Made by a program: the position numbers and the translations under genes. This document shows, in pieces, positions 1 through 8,626 of a DNA stretch of 64,000 nucleotides. The DNA is from a virus. Its lineage: Duplodnaviria; Caudoviricetes. How positions within the stretch are numbered: the first letter of the stretch is position 1; every line of letters starts with the position of its first letter. Under the pieces are notes generated by a model that was not told the DNA's origin, did no database searches, and was given only the letters and a program-made list of their open reading frames with translations. The stretch spans positions 7,654 to 71,653 of the IMG/VR virus record IMGVR_UViG_3300031965_000013; one strand, given 5' to 3'.

Positions 1-1380
1 ACGCATCAAGCTGTCGATTACGAACTGGTCGCAGCCGTATTTGGCGCGGGCGTAATCGAATATCTCCAGAAGCGCATCAATGCCCGCCTTGCCGACGCGC
101 TCCCAAAGCAACAGACCCTGGTCGAGCCAATCCAGTGCCGTGCGGATCAAAGGCGATTGGGGCCGGTCGATCCCCGTCACCTGCTTACACATCCGTTTCA
201 GCGTCTGGTCGCCGCGCATCTCAAGGCTGACGAGACAGGTCCGACCACCCTGCCTTACCCAGTCTACGATGCAATCCGAAAGCACTTGGCTTTTACCAGC
301 ACCGGACGCGCCGCTCCACAGCGTCACCTCGGCAGGGCGGAACAGCAAGTCCGTGCCCAGCTTGCCGTAGGGCGTCCGGTATCCGACCCGCTCTTCGTCA
401 GCCGGCCAGAACAGGTGGAGCACCTGTCCGGCATAGGCACTCGGGCGCCGCAGGCCCTCAGGATCGAGGCTTTGCGCCTCGGCTATCACCTTATCGATCT
501 CGACCTTCGTGACGCCTTCGACGAGGCACTGGTTGGCATCCTTGCGCGGCAGATGAACCCGCTGGCACCTATGCCGCCCCAGCCGGCTTGCTATCTCCGC
601 GGCGGCCTCGTCGCCCGGCCCATCCATGTCGGTGGCGATGTAGATGCGCTCAAACCGCTCCAACCTGTCAAATTCGTTTTCGATCCATTGCTGTTTCGCG
701 CCCTTGCCGCCGCCGAACGGCACGGACATCGCCGGGTAGCCGTATGCCGCCATGGAAAGCGCATCGATCTCGCCCTCGGTGATTACCAGATCGCGGACAT
801 TCGGCGGGATCGCCTGCCAACCGAACAGGATGGGCTCACAGTCCGCCGCCGTGGGTTTTGGGCTTGCCCCGTCCACCGCCTTGCGTATCTTGGCGAGCGC
901 CAACGTTTCGTCCGGCAACATGAACGGAAACACGATGCTGTCGCCATCCTCGCCGATGCGGTAGCGCTCCAGCACGTCGCCGGGAATGCTCCGCTCCTCG
1001 CAGAGGTAGTCCATGACACGGCAGCGCGGCTTCTGGCATTTCGGCTTGGCGGGTCGGGTGTAGGTTCGGCGCGGCTCCCGCACCGGCGCTTGGCGCTCAA
1101 TGCCGAGATAGACGCGGGCCGCTTCGATGGCGTCAGCCAGCGTCATGCCGCGAGCGGCGCACCACAAGTCAAGCAGGTCGCCGCCTTCCCCGGTGGCGAA
1201 GTCAGACCAGACGCCGGCCTTCTCGCCGGCAAGGTGGACGCCAAGGCTTTGTCCTTTCTCGCCGCCCGTCGAGCCTGCCCGCCATTCCGGACCGTCCTTA
1301 CGTCCGCCAGGCAGCAGCATCTCAGCGACGGATTGTGCCCGTATCGCCAGCTCGCGTTTGATGCGTAGAATGTCAGCCAT
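1..1380 (-). CDS. Primase-helicase (T7 gp4/Twinkle-like), truncated by window start
   Basis: Hand translation from ATG at 1380 (TGATG overlap with upstream gene): MADILRIKRE..GVWSDFATGEGGDLLDLW (primase N-domain), ITEGEIDALS..IYIATDMDGPG (TOPRIM), WSGASGAGKS (Walker A), VSLEM, FVIDSLMR (Walker B). No stop before base 1, so it is absent from the ORF track. Confidence 0.9.
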   Translation of the reverse strand, partial: MADILRIKRELAIRAQSVAEMLLPGGRKDGPEWRAGSTGGEKGQSLGVHLAGEKAGVWSDFATGEGGDLLDLWCAARGMTLADAIEAARVYLGIERQAPVREPRRTYTRPAKPKCQKPRCRVMDYLCEERSIPGDVLERYRIGEDGDSIVFPFMLPDETLALAKIRKAVDGASPKPTAADCEPILFGWQAIPPNVRDLVITEGEIDALSMAAYGYPAMSVPFGGGKGAKQQWIENEFDRLERFERIYIATDMDGPGDEAAAEIASRLGRHRCQRVHLPRKDANQCLVEGVTKVEIDKVIAEAQSLDPEGLRRPSAYAGQVLHLFWPADEERVGYRTPYGKLGTDLLFRPAEVTLWSGASGAGKSQVLSDCIVDWVRQGGRTCLVSLEMRGDQTLKRMCKQVTGIDRPQSPLIRTALDWLDQGLLLWERVGKAGIDALLEIFDYARAKYGCDQFVIDSLMR

Positions 1381-2147
1381 CAGCGAGCACCTCGAAACAT
1401 CGCCTCATGCGGATCAGGCTCCGGCTTCAGCACGGCAGCGACGTATTCTCGCGGATCGCCCTTGCTTTGCGCGGTGCGCAGCAATTCCCGCACGTCCAGC
1501 AAATCGTTCCCGCAGTGCTTGCGGAGCTTTGTGATCATCCCACCCGCATTGGAACCGAGAATTTGCTTGCCAAGCCGGTAGACCTGAGCCTCCAGGGTTT
1601 CTGGATCGCCTGCCGGTAAATCGACTATGCGTGGCGGCTCGCCGCCCGTTTCGTCAGAAACGGCATCTTCTTCTTCCCCTTCCCCTTCCCTTCCCTTCCC
1701 TTCCCCTTTGTAATTACCGTGTCGCGTGGCCGACGCGTGGCCGACGCGTGGCCGACGCGTGGCCGACGCGTCGGATTGCTCTACAGTATCAACGAGTTCG
1801 CGTTTGTTCTCAGGCTGGGGCGGGATCTCGCTCTTGCTTTCACGGTTGTTGATGACCTGATGCTTGTTCCAACTCGGGATGCAGCCATATTCTTCCCCTT
1901 GGCACGCGTACTTGACGACAAATCCACGCGTGACTAACACGTCGAGCACGCGTGAAAAATCGATTTCGTCATAGGGTAGAACGTCTGTCTTCAGCGCTCG
2001 CGGACGCCAGTGGAACCGGCCTTCACGGTCGCACTGGGTCCAAAGCCCGGCGAAGGCCAGCCGTAACGGCAGACCAGTTTCCAGTTCAGCATCGAACAGC
2101 CGCTCGTGCTTGAAAAACTCAGGCTTTATGGTTCGTATTCGTGCCAT
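1380..2147 (-). CDS. Phage replication initiator (replisome organiser)
   Basis: MARIRTIKPEFF N-terminus typical of proteobacterial phage initiators; internal iterons and purine tract; directly upstream of primase-helicase. Confidence 0.8.
   Translation of the reverse strand: MARIRTIKPEFFKHERLFDAELETGLPLRLAFAGLWTQCDREGRFHWRPRALKTDVLPYDEIDFSRVLDVLVTRGFVVKYACQGEEYGCIPSWNKHQVINNRESKSEIPPQPENKRELVDTVEQSDASATRRPRVGHASATRHGNYKGEGKGREGEGEEEDAVSDETGGEPPRIVDLPAGDPETLEAQVYRLGKQILGSNAGGMITKLRKHCGNDLLDVRELLRTAQSKGDPREYVAAVLKPEPDPHEAMFRGAR
1666..1766. repeat. Putative replication origin: four 11-bp iterons plus pyrimidine/purine tract
   Basis: CGCGTGGCCGA x4 at 1723-1766, adjacent to (TTCCC)n tract ~1666-1707, inside the initiator gene as in lambda O. 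Confidence 0.75.
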
Positions 2148-2325
2148 GTTCCCCAGCCTTGCGGTCGGCCGTGTTCCCCAGTATCATTCGCTCCATAGTG
2201 AACATCTCGAACAGCACGTCCGACACGAACACGTCGCGGCTCTTGCCGGCGCTCGCCGCCATGCGGTCGAGCAGCACCAGATCGTCGGCGCACATCGTCA
2301 AACGTGAAAGCGTGGTGACTATCAT
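2119..2325 (-). CDS. Small ribbon-helix-helix-like protein
   Basis: LTMCADDLVLLDRMAASAGKSRDVFVSDVL fits a CopG/RHH pattern. Confidence 0.45.
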   Translation of the reverse strand: MIVTTLSRLTMCADDLVLLDRMAASAGKSRDVFVSDVLFEMFTMERMILGNTADRKAGEHGTNTNHKA

Positions 2326-2330
2326 CCGAC

Positions 2331-2777
2331 TCAGTATAACCCATCGTGTGGGTTGATGTGTCGACTATCTCCGCTATTCACATCGCCAAGCGCGCGTTGT
2401 CCACAATGTTCACAGGGCGACGGGAACAAATGCGCATCCACCAAAGCCATAATAGCCAAAACACGATCCTGATTTTGCTTGCTATGCCGGAGCGCATGAC
2501 ACACAGAAGAATGGTCCCGTCCAAACTTTCGCGCTATCTGTGGTATACTGAGGCGAGTGTGCTTCTGCATGAGGCGGTAAGCTGCAAGCCGCGCCTCGCA
2601 CAGATAATTGTACGTGCGAGGCCCCATCATTTCGTGCACACCGCACCCTTGCGCCTTGGCGGTCAGCTCGATGATGCGCTTCACGACAATGGTAGTCTGC
2701 GGAGGGAATATGACTTGTGGCACCGTCGTGCTTTTCGTCGGTTCCGCCTCGTCCCGGCTCAATGCGTGGTCCGTCAT
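2331..2777 (-). CDS. DnaA C-terminal (domain IV) HTH protein
   Basis: EARLAAYRLMQKHTRLSIPQIARKFGRDHSSVCHAL resembles the DnaA R..AMYL..SL..IG..FGRDHTTV motif. Confidence 0.8.
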   Translation of the reverse strand: MTDHALSRDEAEPTKSTTVPQVIFPPQTTIVVKRIIELTAKAQGCGVHEMMGPRTYNYLCEARLAAYRLMQKHTRLSIPQIARKFGRDHSSVCHALRHSKQNQDRVLAIMALVDAHLFPSPCEHCGQRALGDVNSGDSRHINPHDGLY

Positions 2778-3580
2778 GTGTGTTTCCCCGCCTCTAGCTG
2801 TTGCACCGGGACCGGGCCTTCTGCCGCAAACCGTTCCGTTTCATTTCCCCACGCCTGCCATCCAGGCCTTTCAGTGCGGGCGAACAACTCGGCATACGGG
2901 CCGGGCACTAGTGCTTCGACCCGCTCGCGGGCTTCGTCTGGCTTGCGGGAGTGCTCGCGGCGCGGGGCCATGATGAGCTGTCGGACACTGGCGCTTTGCC
3001 GCTTCGGTGCGCCGCGCGTAAACAGCAGGCATTGCTCTGGATTGCCGCGCGTCCAGTATCCAAGACCGATGTGGAACCCGTCGCTCTTTGCCTTGGTTTT
3101 GACCCAAGTAAATGCTACCGTCTTGAACGTGAAACCCCAGCCCTTGCCGACCTCCAATGCCTCGGAGATCATGCAATCGACGGCCCATAGGAATAGGGTG
3201 CATTGGGGCGCTGCCAGATCCCCGACTGGCAGTGCCATGATGTCCTTCAAGCCCATTGTCTTGTAGTGACGTTCGGATAGGCCTTTCTGCCTCACCAGCG
3301 CATCGGGAGCGCGGTTCTTGCCCTTGTCGGACCAGGAGCGGAATGACCACGGCGGGTCGGCCATGATGGCGGCGAAGCGCCGGCGCGGCAGCGGAGCAAA
3401 CGGCCAGTCACCGGCAATTTCGCGCTCGCGCTCGTCCTGCGGCGGGATAGTCCATGTACCGTCGCGGAGTAGTTGCTCCCGCTGGGCACGGCGGGCCTCG
3501 TAGTATGAGGCCTGTGCATCCTCGCGCCAATCGTAGGGTGCGGCTTCCACCGCGCTCATGTGGCGTGGCTGGCCGGTCAT
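2774..3580 (-). CDS. MT-A70 family adenine methyltransferase
   Basis: IMADPPW catalytic motif, LFLWA, GLGYWTRGNPEQCL, HSRKPD; start placed at ATG 3580 (ATGA overlap). Confidence 0.92.
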   Translation of the reverse strand: MTGQPRHMSAVEAAPYDWREDAQASYYEARRAQREQLLRDGTWTIPPQDEREREIAGDWPFAPLPRRRFAAIMADPPWSFRSWSDKGKNRAPDALVRQKGLSERHYKTMGLKDIMALPVGDLAAPQCTLFLWAVDCMISEALEVGKGWGFTFKTVAFTWVKTKAKSDGFHIGLGYWTRGNPEQCLLFTRGAPKRQSASVRQLIMAPRREHSRKPDEARERVEALVPGPYAELFARTERPGWQAWGNETERFAAEGPVPVQQLEAGKHT

Positions 3581-3819
3581 GCCTGCCTCCGCTGGTCGAG
3601 CGCTGATCTGCCCGGCATCGGATCGCCAGCCACCTGTCCCGTCGTGTCGCGCGGGTCCGGCAGCCATCGCACCGGCGGGCTGGACGGATCAACTGCGGCT
3701 TCGCTGCACCAGCGTCGCACCTTGTTCCGAGGTACGCCTAGGAGTTTGGCGATAACGCGATATGGAAGTCTCTCGTCGAGACGCAATCTGATAACTTCGC
3801 CGCGGAGATGCGCGCTCAT
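3577..3819 (-). CDS. Small HTH protein
   Basis: LPYRVIAKLLGVPRNKVRRW HTH; coupled to neighbours by TAATG/ATGA overlaps. Confidence 0.6.
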   Translation of the reverse strand: MSAHLRGEVIRLRLDERLPYRVIAKLLGVPRNKVRRWCSEAAVDPSSPPVRWLPDPRDTTGQVAGDPMPGRSALDQRRQA

Positions 3820-4451
3820 TACTCCGCCGCCTCGCAAAACCGCTCTGCCCGGTGCCGCGGGGCAAAGGCTATGCACTGATGGTATCCGCAATACACCTTG
3901 CCAAGCGATGTCTCATGCCCGCAGAACAGGAACGGATGCCCGTCATTCACCGGCCATTTGCAGGTGCCTGGCCTGAACACCGTGGCGTCTCGAAGCTCCA
4001 TGAGCCCGATGGCGCCTTTTGGCGGCGGTGCCTCTGTACGCCTCAGCGCGCCTCGCTGAGCGGGGTTGGCAGGTTTGCGGTCCCGAGTACCGGGTTTGGG
4101 CTTAGGCGTGCTCACGCGCCACCGCTGGCCCTTGGTGCCAGCATTCCGTGCCGGGAACGACAGGCCAATACGAACCGCCAACTTACGGGCGCTGTCCGCC
4201 CGGCAGCCGAGACGGACCGCCGCCGCGCTTGCCGTGCCGCCATGGAGTTGTACGTCGAGGATGATGGCGTGCTTTTCCGCCTCGCTCAGTTTCGTCGGGC
4301 CTGGTGGCGGGCCTTCGCGCAGCCTGTATAGCTTGCCGATAATGGTGTTCTTCGAGACGCCCATCGCCTTGGCGATTTCATCCGGCGTTCGTTTCCGCGA
4401 CAGACGCTTCAGTTCAGCGATGCGCTCAGGTGTCCAGAATCCCTCGCTCAT
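3819..4451 (-). CDS. gcrA: GcrA-like cell-cycle regulator
   Basis: WTPERIAELKRL..IAKAMGVSKNTIIGKLYRL N-domain and CKWPVND..FCG..YCGYH C-domain. Confidence 0.85.
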   Translation of the reverse strand: MSEGFWTPERIAELKRLSRKRTPDEIAKAMGVSKNTIIGKLYRLREGPPPGPTKLSEAEKHAIILDVQLHGGTASAAAVRLGCRADSARKLAVRIGLSFPARNAGTKGQRWRVSTPKPKPGTRDRKPANPAQRGALRRTEAPPPKGAIGLMELRDATVFRPGTCKWPVNDGHPFLFCGHETSLGKVYCGYHQCIAFAPRHRAERFCEAAE

Positions 4452-5272
4452 GCAGCCCTCGCTTGCTCGGATGCGAGAATGGCGCGGCCTATCAGCTCCG
4501 GGATTTGAGGCACTACGGCGTTGCCTAGGGCGCCAACTCTGTGTGCCCGCTGGGGAACCCCATCAACCACTCGACCCACGTTGGGTTCAGAGTTCCAGAA
4601 ACAGCTTCGCTCAATGATGGGCCAGCAGAACGGCCCCTGTCGAGTTGCGTCTTGCCCTTGCCGCTGCGCCAATCCCGAGACGTTGGGGTCGGCCACAGGC
4701 CACGTTCCACCAACATCACTGTACTCGTCAGCCCGAGCTCGCCTTGTATCGTGGCCCCGTTTGGACCTTCTGCCTTGCGCGGCGTAGGCCACAAGCCAGA
4801 ATCGGTCCCGTCTGTGAGGGGCACCAACAGCGGAAGCTGGTATGCAATGCCACTCCGCATCAAACCCGAGCGCGGCCAGGTCTCCAAGAACTCGGCCCAG
4901 CCCCCGACCAAGCAAAGCTGAGACGTTTTCCACGATGACGAAGCGCGGTCGTATCTCGCCAATAAGACGGGCGATTTCAGACCACAACCCGCTGCGCTCG
5001 CCCTCAATGCCCGCGCCCTTGCCAGCCAAACTGATGTCCTGGCACGGGAAACCTCCGCAGATGACATCGGGAACAATGGCATCTGCTCGCAATCGCTCGG
5101 CGGTGAGTTCTCTGACATCTTCGTATTGCCTCACGTCGGGCCAATGTTTCGCCAAAACCTCGCGGCAGAATGGATCGATCTCGCAAAACGCCACGGTCTC
5201 GAAACCGCCCGTGCGCTCAAGCCCAAGGCTAAAACCGCCGATGCCGCTGAACAGATCGAGCACCTTCATCAT
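4448..5272 (-). CDS. C5 cytosine methyltransferase (alpha polypeptide)
   Basis: DLFSGIGG (I), GGFPCQD (IV), ENV (VI), RRDRFW (VIII), LGNAVVP (X); motif IX not seen in this frame. Confidence 0.95.
   Translation of the reverse strand: MMKVLDLFSGIGGFSLGLERTGGFETVAFCEIDPFCREVLAKHWPDVRQYEDVRELTAERLRADAIVPDVICGGFPCQDISLAGKGAGIEGERSGLWSEIARLIGEIRPRFVIVENVSALLGRGLGRVLGDLAALGFDAEWHCIPASAVGAPHRRDRFWLVAYAAQGRRSKRGHDTRRARADEYSDVGGTWPVADPNVSGLAQRQGQDATRQGPFCWPIIERSCFWNSEPNVGRVVDGVPQRAHRVGALGNAVVPQIPELIGRAILASEQARAA
4525..5118 (-). CDS. Overprinted C5 methyltransferase beta polypeptide
   Basis: Alternate-frame ORF nested in the MTase gene with two WPTP repeats and LNPTWVEWLMGFP (motif IX-like). Confidence 0.75.
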   Translation of the reverse strand: MSENSPPSDCEQMPLFPMSSAEVSRARTSVWLARARALRASAAGCGLKSPVLLARYDRASSSWKTSQLCLVGGWAEFLETWPRSGLMRSGIAYQLPLLVPLTDGTDSGLWPTPRKAEGPNGATIQGELGLTSTVMLVERGLWPTPTSRDWRSGKGKTQLDRGRSAGPSLSEAVSGTLNPTWVEWLMGFPSGHTELAP

Positions 5273-5445
5273 GCCCCGGCCTCAATCTCTTCGCGGGCCT
5301 GTCGCCACAGCGAATATTCGCGCCGGGCACGGTCACGCTCCGATATCGTCGTGCCCTCCATGATCTGACGCGTCCATATTGCGAGTGCGGTTTCGGCAAT
5401 GCGCTGATCCAGAGCACGGTCGGACGGTGAAACAGGCGCGGTCAT
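5269..5445 (-). CDS. Hypothetical 58-aa protein
   Basis: Hand-translated MTAPVSPSDRALDQ..EIEAGA; ATGA overlaps at both ends. Confidence 0.6.
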   Translation of the reverse strand: MTAPVSPSDRALDQRIAETALAIWTRQIMEGTTISERDRARREYSLWRQAREEIEAGA

Positions 5446-5771
5446 GCGGCCTTGCCCTTCTCAGCCGCCAGCAGAAGCCGGGCGAACCGATGCAATGGCA
5501 CCACCACCAACGGCTCCTGTCGGTCCTGTTTCAGAAACACCACGTCATTGCCGTCGAGCGCCGAATAGACGAGGGCGAACCCGTTGGCCCGGCATTTGCA
5601 CTCGGCCCGCCAGTCGGACATCAGGGCTGGAAAGGTGATGTCTCCGGCGAAGCTGCCGCCGCAACTGCCGGACAATGGGATTTTTTCAGCAGCCACGCCG
5701 GTTGCTTGCAGCAGGCGCACAATTTCACGCTCGAATCGTGCCCCCTTGTCTCTTGACCGCTTACCGGACAT
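5442..5771 (-). CDS. Holliday junction resolvase (Hjc-like PD-(D/E)XK)
   Basis: SRDKGARFEREI..LSG..GDI..AECK. Confidence 0.85.
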   Translation of the reverse strand: MSGKRSRDKGARFEREIVRLLQATGVAAEKIPLSGSCGGSFAGDITFPALMSDWRAECKCRANGFALVYSALDGNDVVFLKQDRQEPLVVVPLHRFARLLLAAEKGKAA

Positions 5772-6462
5772 GTCGCCAACTCAGCCCCTGTACAACATTG
5801 CGAAAAGTGCTTTGCGAGACCCCGTACTTGTCCCGCATTCTCTTGATGACTCCAAATTGATGCTTGGGAGTCCATGCAATGCGCCAATACTCCGCGCGCA
5901 TCCTACGAACTTGGGCTTCTGTTAGTTTTGCCCTACCGTTCCGCACTCCCTTGACGGCGGTGCCATGTGCTTGCAGGTCGGCATGATTGTCTTTTCGCGT
6001 CGCCCACCGGAGATTGCTAAAATGATTGCTCGCGCGGCAGCCGTCGTTGTGCGCTACTTCATGCGAGGCGGTCGGCGGTTCTCCGATGAAAGCTAATGCC
6101 ACAAGCCGGTGACCCGGCAATATCCGCTTCTCGCCTGCGATAACGAGTTTGAACTTGATGTAGCCTTGTGCGCATACATGCGGTTTTAGGATATGCCCAG
6201 CTTTCCTAGTCCTGCTGCCGGTAACCCGCCGGACATCCCCAAACTCGGATACCTCGTAGTCAGGCGCGAAGGCTACGAGGCGCCACTCGCAATCCACGGG
6301 GCCGCGCAAATACGCTTGCCGCTTGTCCGCAGTGTTTTTTGCGAGACGATCGTTCCTTCGCTGAGACGCTGCGCGACCCCTCGCGGACTTTCTGTAACGA
6401 TCATTTGCCCGTTGTACCAAAGTGCGATCCCCCTTTTGGCAACTGGCCTTTCCGCCGCTCAT
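5761..6462 (-). CDS. NUMOD4-HNH endonuclease
   Basis: WRLVAFAPDYEVSEFGDVRR (NUMOD4), HRLVALAF..VAHNDG..NHFSNLRW (HNH). Confidence 0.9.
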   Translation of the reverse strand: MSGGKASCQKGDRTLVQRANDRYRKSARGRAASQRRNDRLAKNTADKRQAYLRGPVDCEWRLVAFAPDYEVSEFGDVRRVTGSRTRKAGHILKPHVCAQGYIKFKLVIAGEKRILPGHRLVALAFIGEPPTASHEVAHNDGCRASNHFSNLRWATRKDNHADLQAHGTAVKGVRNGRAKLTEAQVRRMRAEYWRIAWTPKHQFGVIKRMRDKYGVSQSTFRNVVQGLSWRHVR

Positions 6463-6737
6463 GCCGCTTCCTCGCGTGCGTGCGCACGAGGCGCGTCCAT
6501 GGCGTGCTCGTAGTCGACCAGCAGACTATCCTCGGCATCGAAGCCTTCCCGGTCGGCCGCCCGCTTGCGACGGTTGGCAATGTGCCGGCGGAGTACCTTG
6601 ACGTTCAGGCCGTGGTCCTTGGCCGCCTTGTAGAACTGAGACTTGTCGCTGTTGAGCGCGGCAATTTCTTCCTCGATGGCCTCGATGCGCGTGGTGAACT
6701 CGCGCACAACGGTTTGCTGTTCGGTGGTGAGTGTCAT
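6459..6737 (-). CDS. gapR: GapR/DUF2312-like nucleoid protein
   Basis: REFTTRIEAIEEEIAALNSDKSQFYKAAKDHGLNVKVLRRHIANR. Confidence 0.8.
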   Translation of the reverse strand: MTLTTEQQTVVREFTTRIEAIEEEIAALNSDKSQFYKAAKDHGLNVKVLRRHIANRRKRAADREGFDAEDSLLVDYEHAMDAPRAHAREEAA

Positions 6738-6760
6738 GCTACTGCGGCCTCTCGTCTGTC

Positions 6761-7276
6761 TCAGCCCTTGCGCTTTCGATCATCTCGAACGCGATACCGC
6801 TCAATCGCCCAGCCAAGCGCATCAATTTCCGGGCGATGAAACTCCTCATCCACAATGGCAAGCGCAGCGCGCAGGCGCGAAAGATTTGCCACCTGATCGG
6901 TAGCTTCCCGCTCGGCGGCTTCGAGTTGGCGCTGTTGCCATCGCCGTTTCCGCTGTCTAAAGTCATCAATGGCCTCGCCGCTCCAGCGCCCCGCATCACC
7001 GTGCCATGCAGCACGAACCCGCCAGAACGTCGGCCTGTCCAAGCCTTCCCAAGCGGCGCGCAGTAGGGCCTTGACGCCCGATCCAGGCGGCACCGACGAT
7101 CCGGTTTCCTCGACGATCTCCTTCATCTCGCGCGCTATCCGCTCGCGCGACGACTTGTCGTAGATACGCGACGGCTTCGATGAACACATGCGACGCATCC
7201 CTGCTATGGTGAACCCGTCGCGGTTGCTGTCGCGGCAGGATGCAGGAGCCATCAACGCATGAGCAGTCGTAGCCAC
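6761..7276 (-). CDS. Hypothetical protein (CII-position regulator candidate)
   Basis: 171-aa ORF in the cro operon; start uncertain. Confidence 0.5.
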   Translation of the reverse strand: MATTAHALMAPASCRDSNRDGFTIAGMRRMCSSKPSRIYDKSSRERIAREMKEIVEETGSSVPPGSGVKALLRAAWEGLDRPTFWRVRAAWHGDAGRWSGEAIDDFRQRKRRWQQRQLEAAEREATDQVANLSRLRAALAIVDEEFHRPEIDALGWAIERYRVRDDRKRKG

Positions 7277-7315
7277 ATCTATCCCTTCGTTTCGACAGGC
7301 GTGCTTGCGGCGCGC

Positions 7316-7558
7316 CTAGTGGACGGTATCGCGGTGGTTAGAAGGGACGGCCCCATCGTGAGAGACAGGGCCGCCAGTCGGCGGGACAGAGAAAGGAGTA
7401 AAACTGTCCCGCTGGGAGGATCGCGAATTGGTGAGCCGCATGAGGTCGGCGAGATGCAGGGCATAATAGTCTTCCTCGCGCGGCAACGAGCGCACGAACA
7501 TCAGCACCGCAGCCCCGATGGGCAGCGCAAGCGCGCCTATGAGTAGTGCAATCTGCAT
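7316..7558 (-). CDS. Small membrane protein
   Basis: Hydrophobic N-terminus MQIALLIGALALPIGAAVLMFV; GGAG RBS. Confidence 0.5.
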   Translation of the reverse strand: MQIALLIGALALPIGAAVLMFVRSLPREEDYYALHLADLMRLTNSRSSQRDSFTPFSVPPTGGPVSHDGAVPSNHRDTVH

Positions 7559-7691
7559 GTCTCCGATCCCCTACGGTGTTATGTCGTGGCGGCTCTTCGT
7601 GACCGCCGGCGTTTCTGATGCCGAACGTCTCTGATAACCCACCGCGCAGTACGGAACGCCAGCACGGCCAGAATGATTGCGATAGCGCCGG

Positions 7692-7856
7692 TCATTGCCG
7701 TTCCCCGCAGTTCTCGCAAACCATCCGCAGCCCGGTGCGCACGATGTGGCCTGAGCCGCAGACGCCACAGACCGGCCAGTCCCGCTCGTGCGGCGATACG
7801 GGCAGCATCCGGTCGGCGCGCTCGCCGGGCTCCATGGGCGGGGCGGTGAAGGTCAT
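7692..7856 (-). CDS. Small zinc-ribbon protein
   Basis: Hand-translated CGVCGS..CENCGE; ATGA overlap with cro. Confidence 0.55.
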   Translation of the reverse strand: MTFTAPPMEPGERADRMLPVSPHERDWPVCGVCGSGHIVRTGLRMVCENCGERQ

Positions 7857-8071
7857 GCGGCTGCCGAGCCGTTGGCTTCCAGCGGATATAGATCAGGGCG
7901 AAGCTCTTGCCGGGGCACACCTGTGATCCGCTCCACCTCCAGAACGCGCTCTGCCGGGATGCGTCTTTGTTCCCACTTGCATATCGCGGGCGGTCGCACG
8001 CCAAACTTGGCCGCGAGTTGCGCCTGCGTCAGCTTCTCTGCCTTGCGATAGGTCGTCAGCGCGCTTTCCAT
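7853..8071 (-). CDS. cro: Cro/YdaS-like repressor
   Basis: LTQAQLAAKFGVRPPAICKWE..LRPDLY; divergent from cI. Confidence 0.88.
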   Translation of the reverse strand: MESALTTYRKAEKLTQAQLAAKFGVRPPAICKWEQRRIPAERVLEVERITGVPRQELRPDLYPLEANGSAAA

Positions 8072-8131
8072 ATCGGAATGATTTCCATATCGGAAAGCGA
8101 TTGTCAAGCCCCTTGATTTCCAGTCCGGGCA
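8065..8131. promoter_or_regulatory. Right operator region with leftward promoter
   Basis: TTTCC-N5-GGAA(A/T) palindromes at 8065-8079 and 8082-8096, degenerate copy at 8117-8131; TTGACA on minus strand at 8107-8102. Confidence 0.8.
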
Positions 8132-8166
8132 TTCGGCTTGACCTGACAGGGAACTATCGTCGCGGC

Positions 8167-8496
8167 ATGGTCACGCACATTGGCAGGCGTCGCCCGTTCC
8201 AGCTCTTCATCAAAGAATGGATCGAGCACAAGAACCTCGACCAAGAGCAGGTCGCCGAGCGGATCGGCTGTTCGCCTGGCACGCTATCGAAGCTCATCTC
8301 GGGCAAGATGCGTCGCACAGACGAATGGCTTGCGGCAATCGCCTACGCATTGGGCGATGAAGTTGATGTCACTGATCTGTTCCGGCATCCGACGACGCCC
8401 CGCCCCGAAGACCTGCTCAAAGACCTGTCGGCCGACGAGCGCGAGCGCGTCGAGCGGATGATTCGCGCCTACAAGGGCACCGGCACCGGCGAATAA
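8167..8496 (+). CDS. cI: CI-like XRE repressor lacking an S24 peptidase domain
   Basis: LDQEQVAERIGCSPGTLSKLISG HTH; 109 aa; flanked by operator arrays on both sides. Confidence 0.85.
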   Translation: MVTHIGRRRPFQLFIKEWIEHKNLDQEQVAERIGCSPGTLSKLISGKMRRTDEWLAAIAYALGDEVDVTDLFRHPTTPRPEDLLKDLSADERERVERMIRAYKGTGTGE

Positions 8497-8526
8497 GGCC
8501 GCTGCCACTCGCATCCCCAAAAAAGA

Positions 8527-8575
8527 TTTCCAATCTGGAAACTTTCTCTTGACAAGAGGCTTTCCATATCGGAAA
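8527..8575 (+). promoter_or_regulatory. Left operator/early rightward promoter
   Basis: Operators TTTCCAATCTGGAAA (8527-8541) and TTTCCATATCGGAAA (8561-8575) flank TTGACA (8549-8554). Confidence 0.85.
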
Positions 8576-8626
8576 CTCCCCTCCATAGACACGGGCGCAC
8601 CGGCCCGGAACCGAGGGAGCAGACCG

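Noticed and set aside
157-1368. 403-aa plus-strand ORF
   Set aside because: Antisense shadow of the primase-helicase; no recognisable motifs
2774-5272. Restriction-modification system
   Set aside because: No cognate restriction endonuclease; the adjacent nucleases are a resolvase and an HNH; the MTases look orphan
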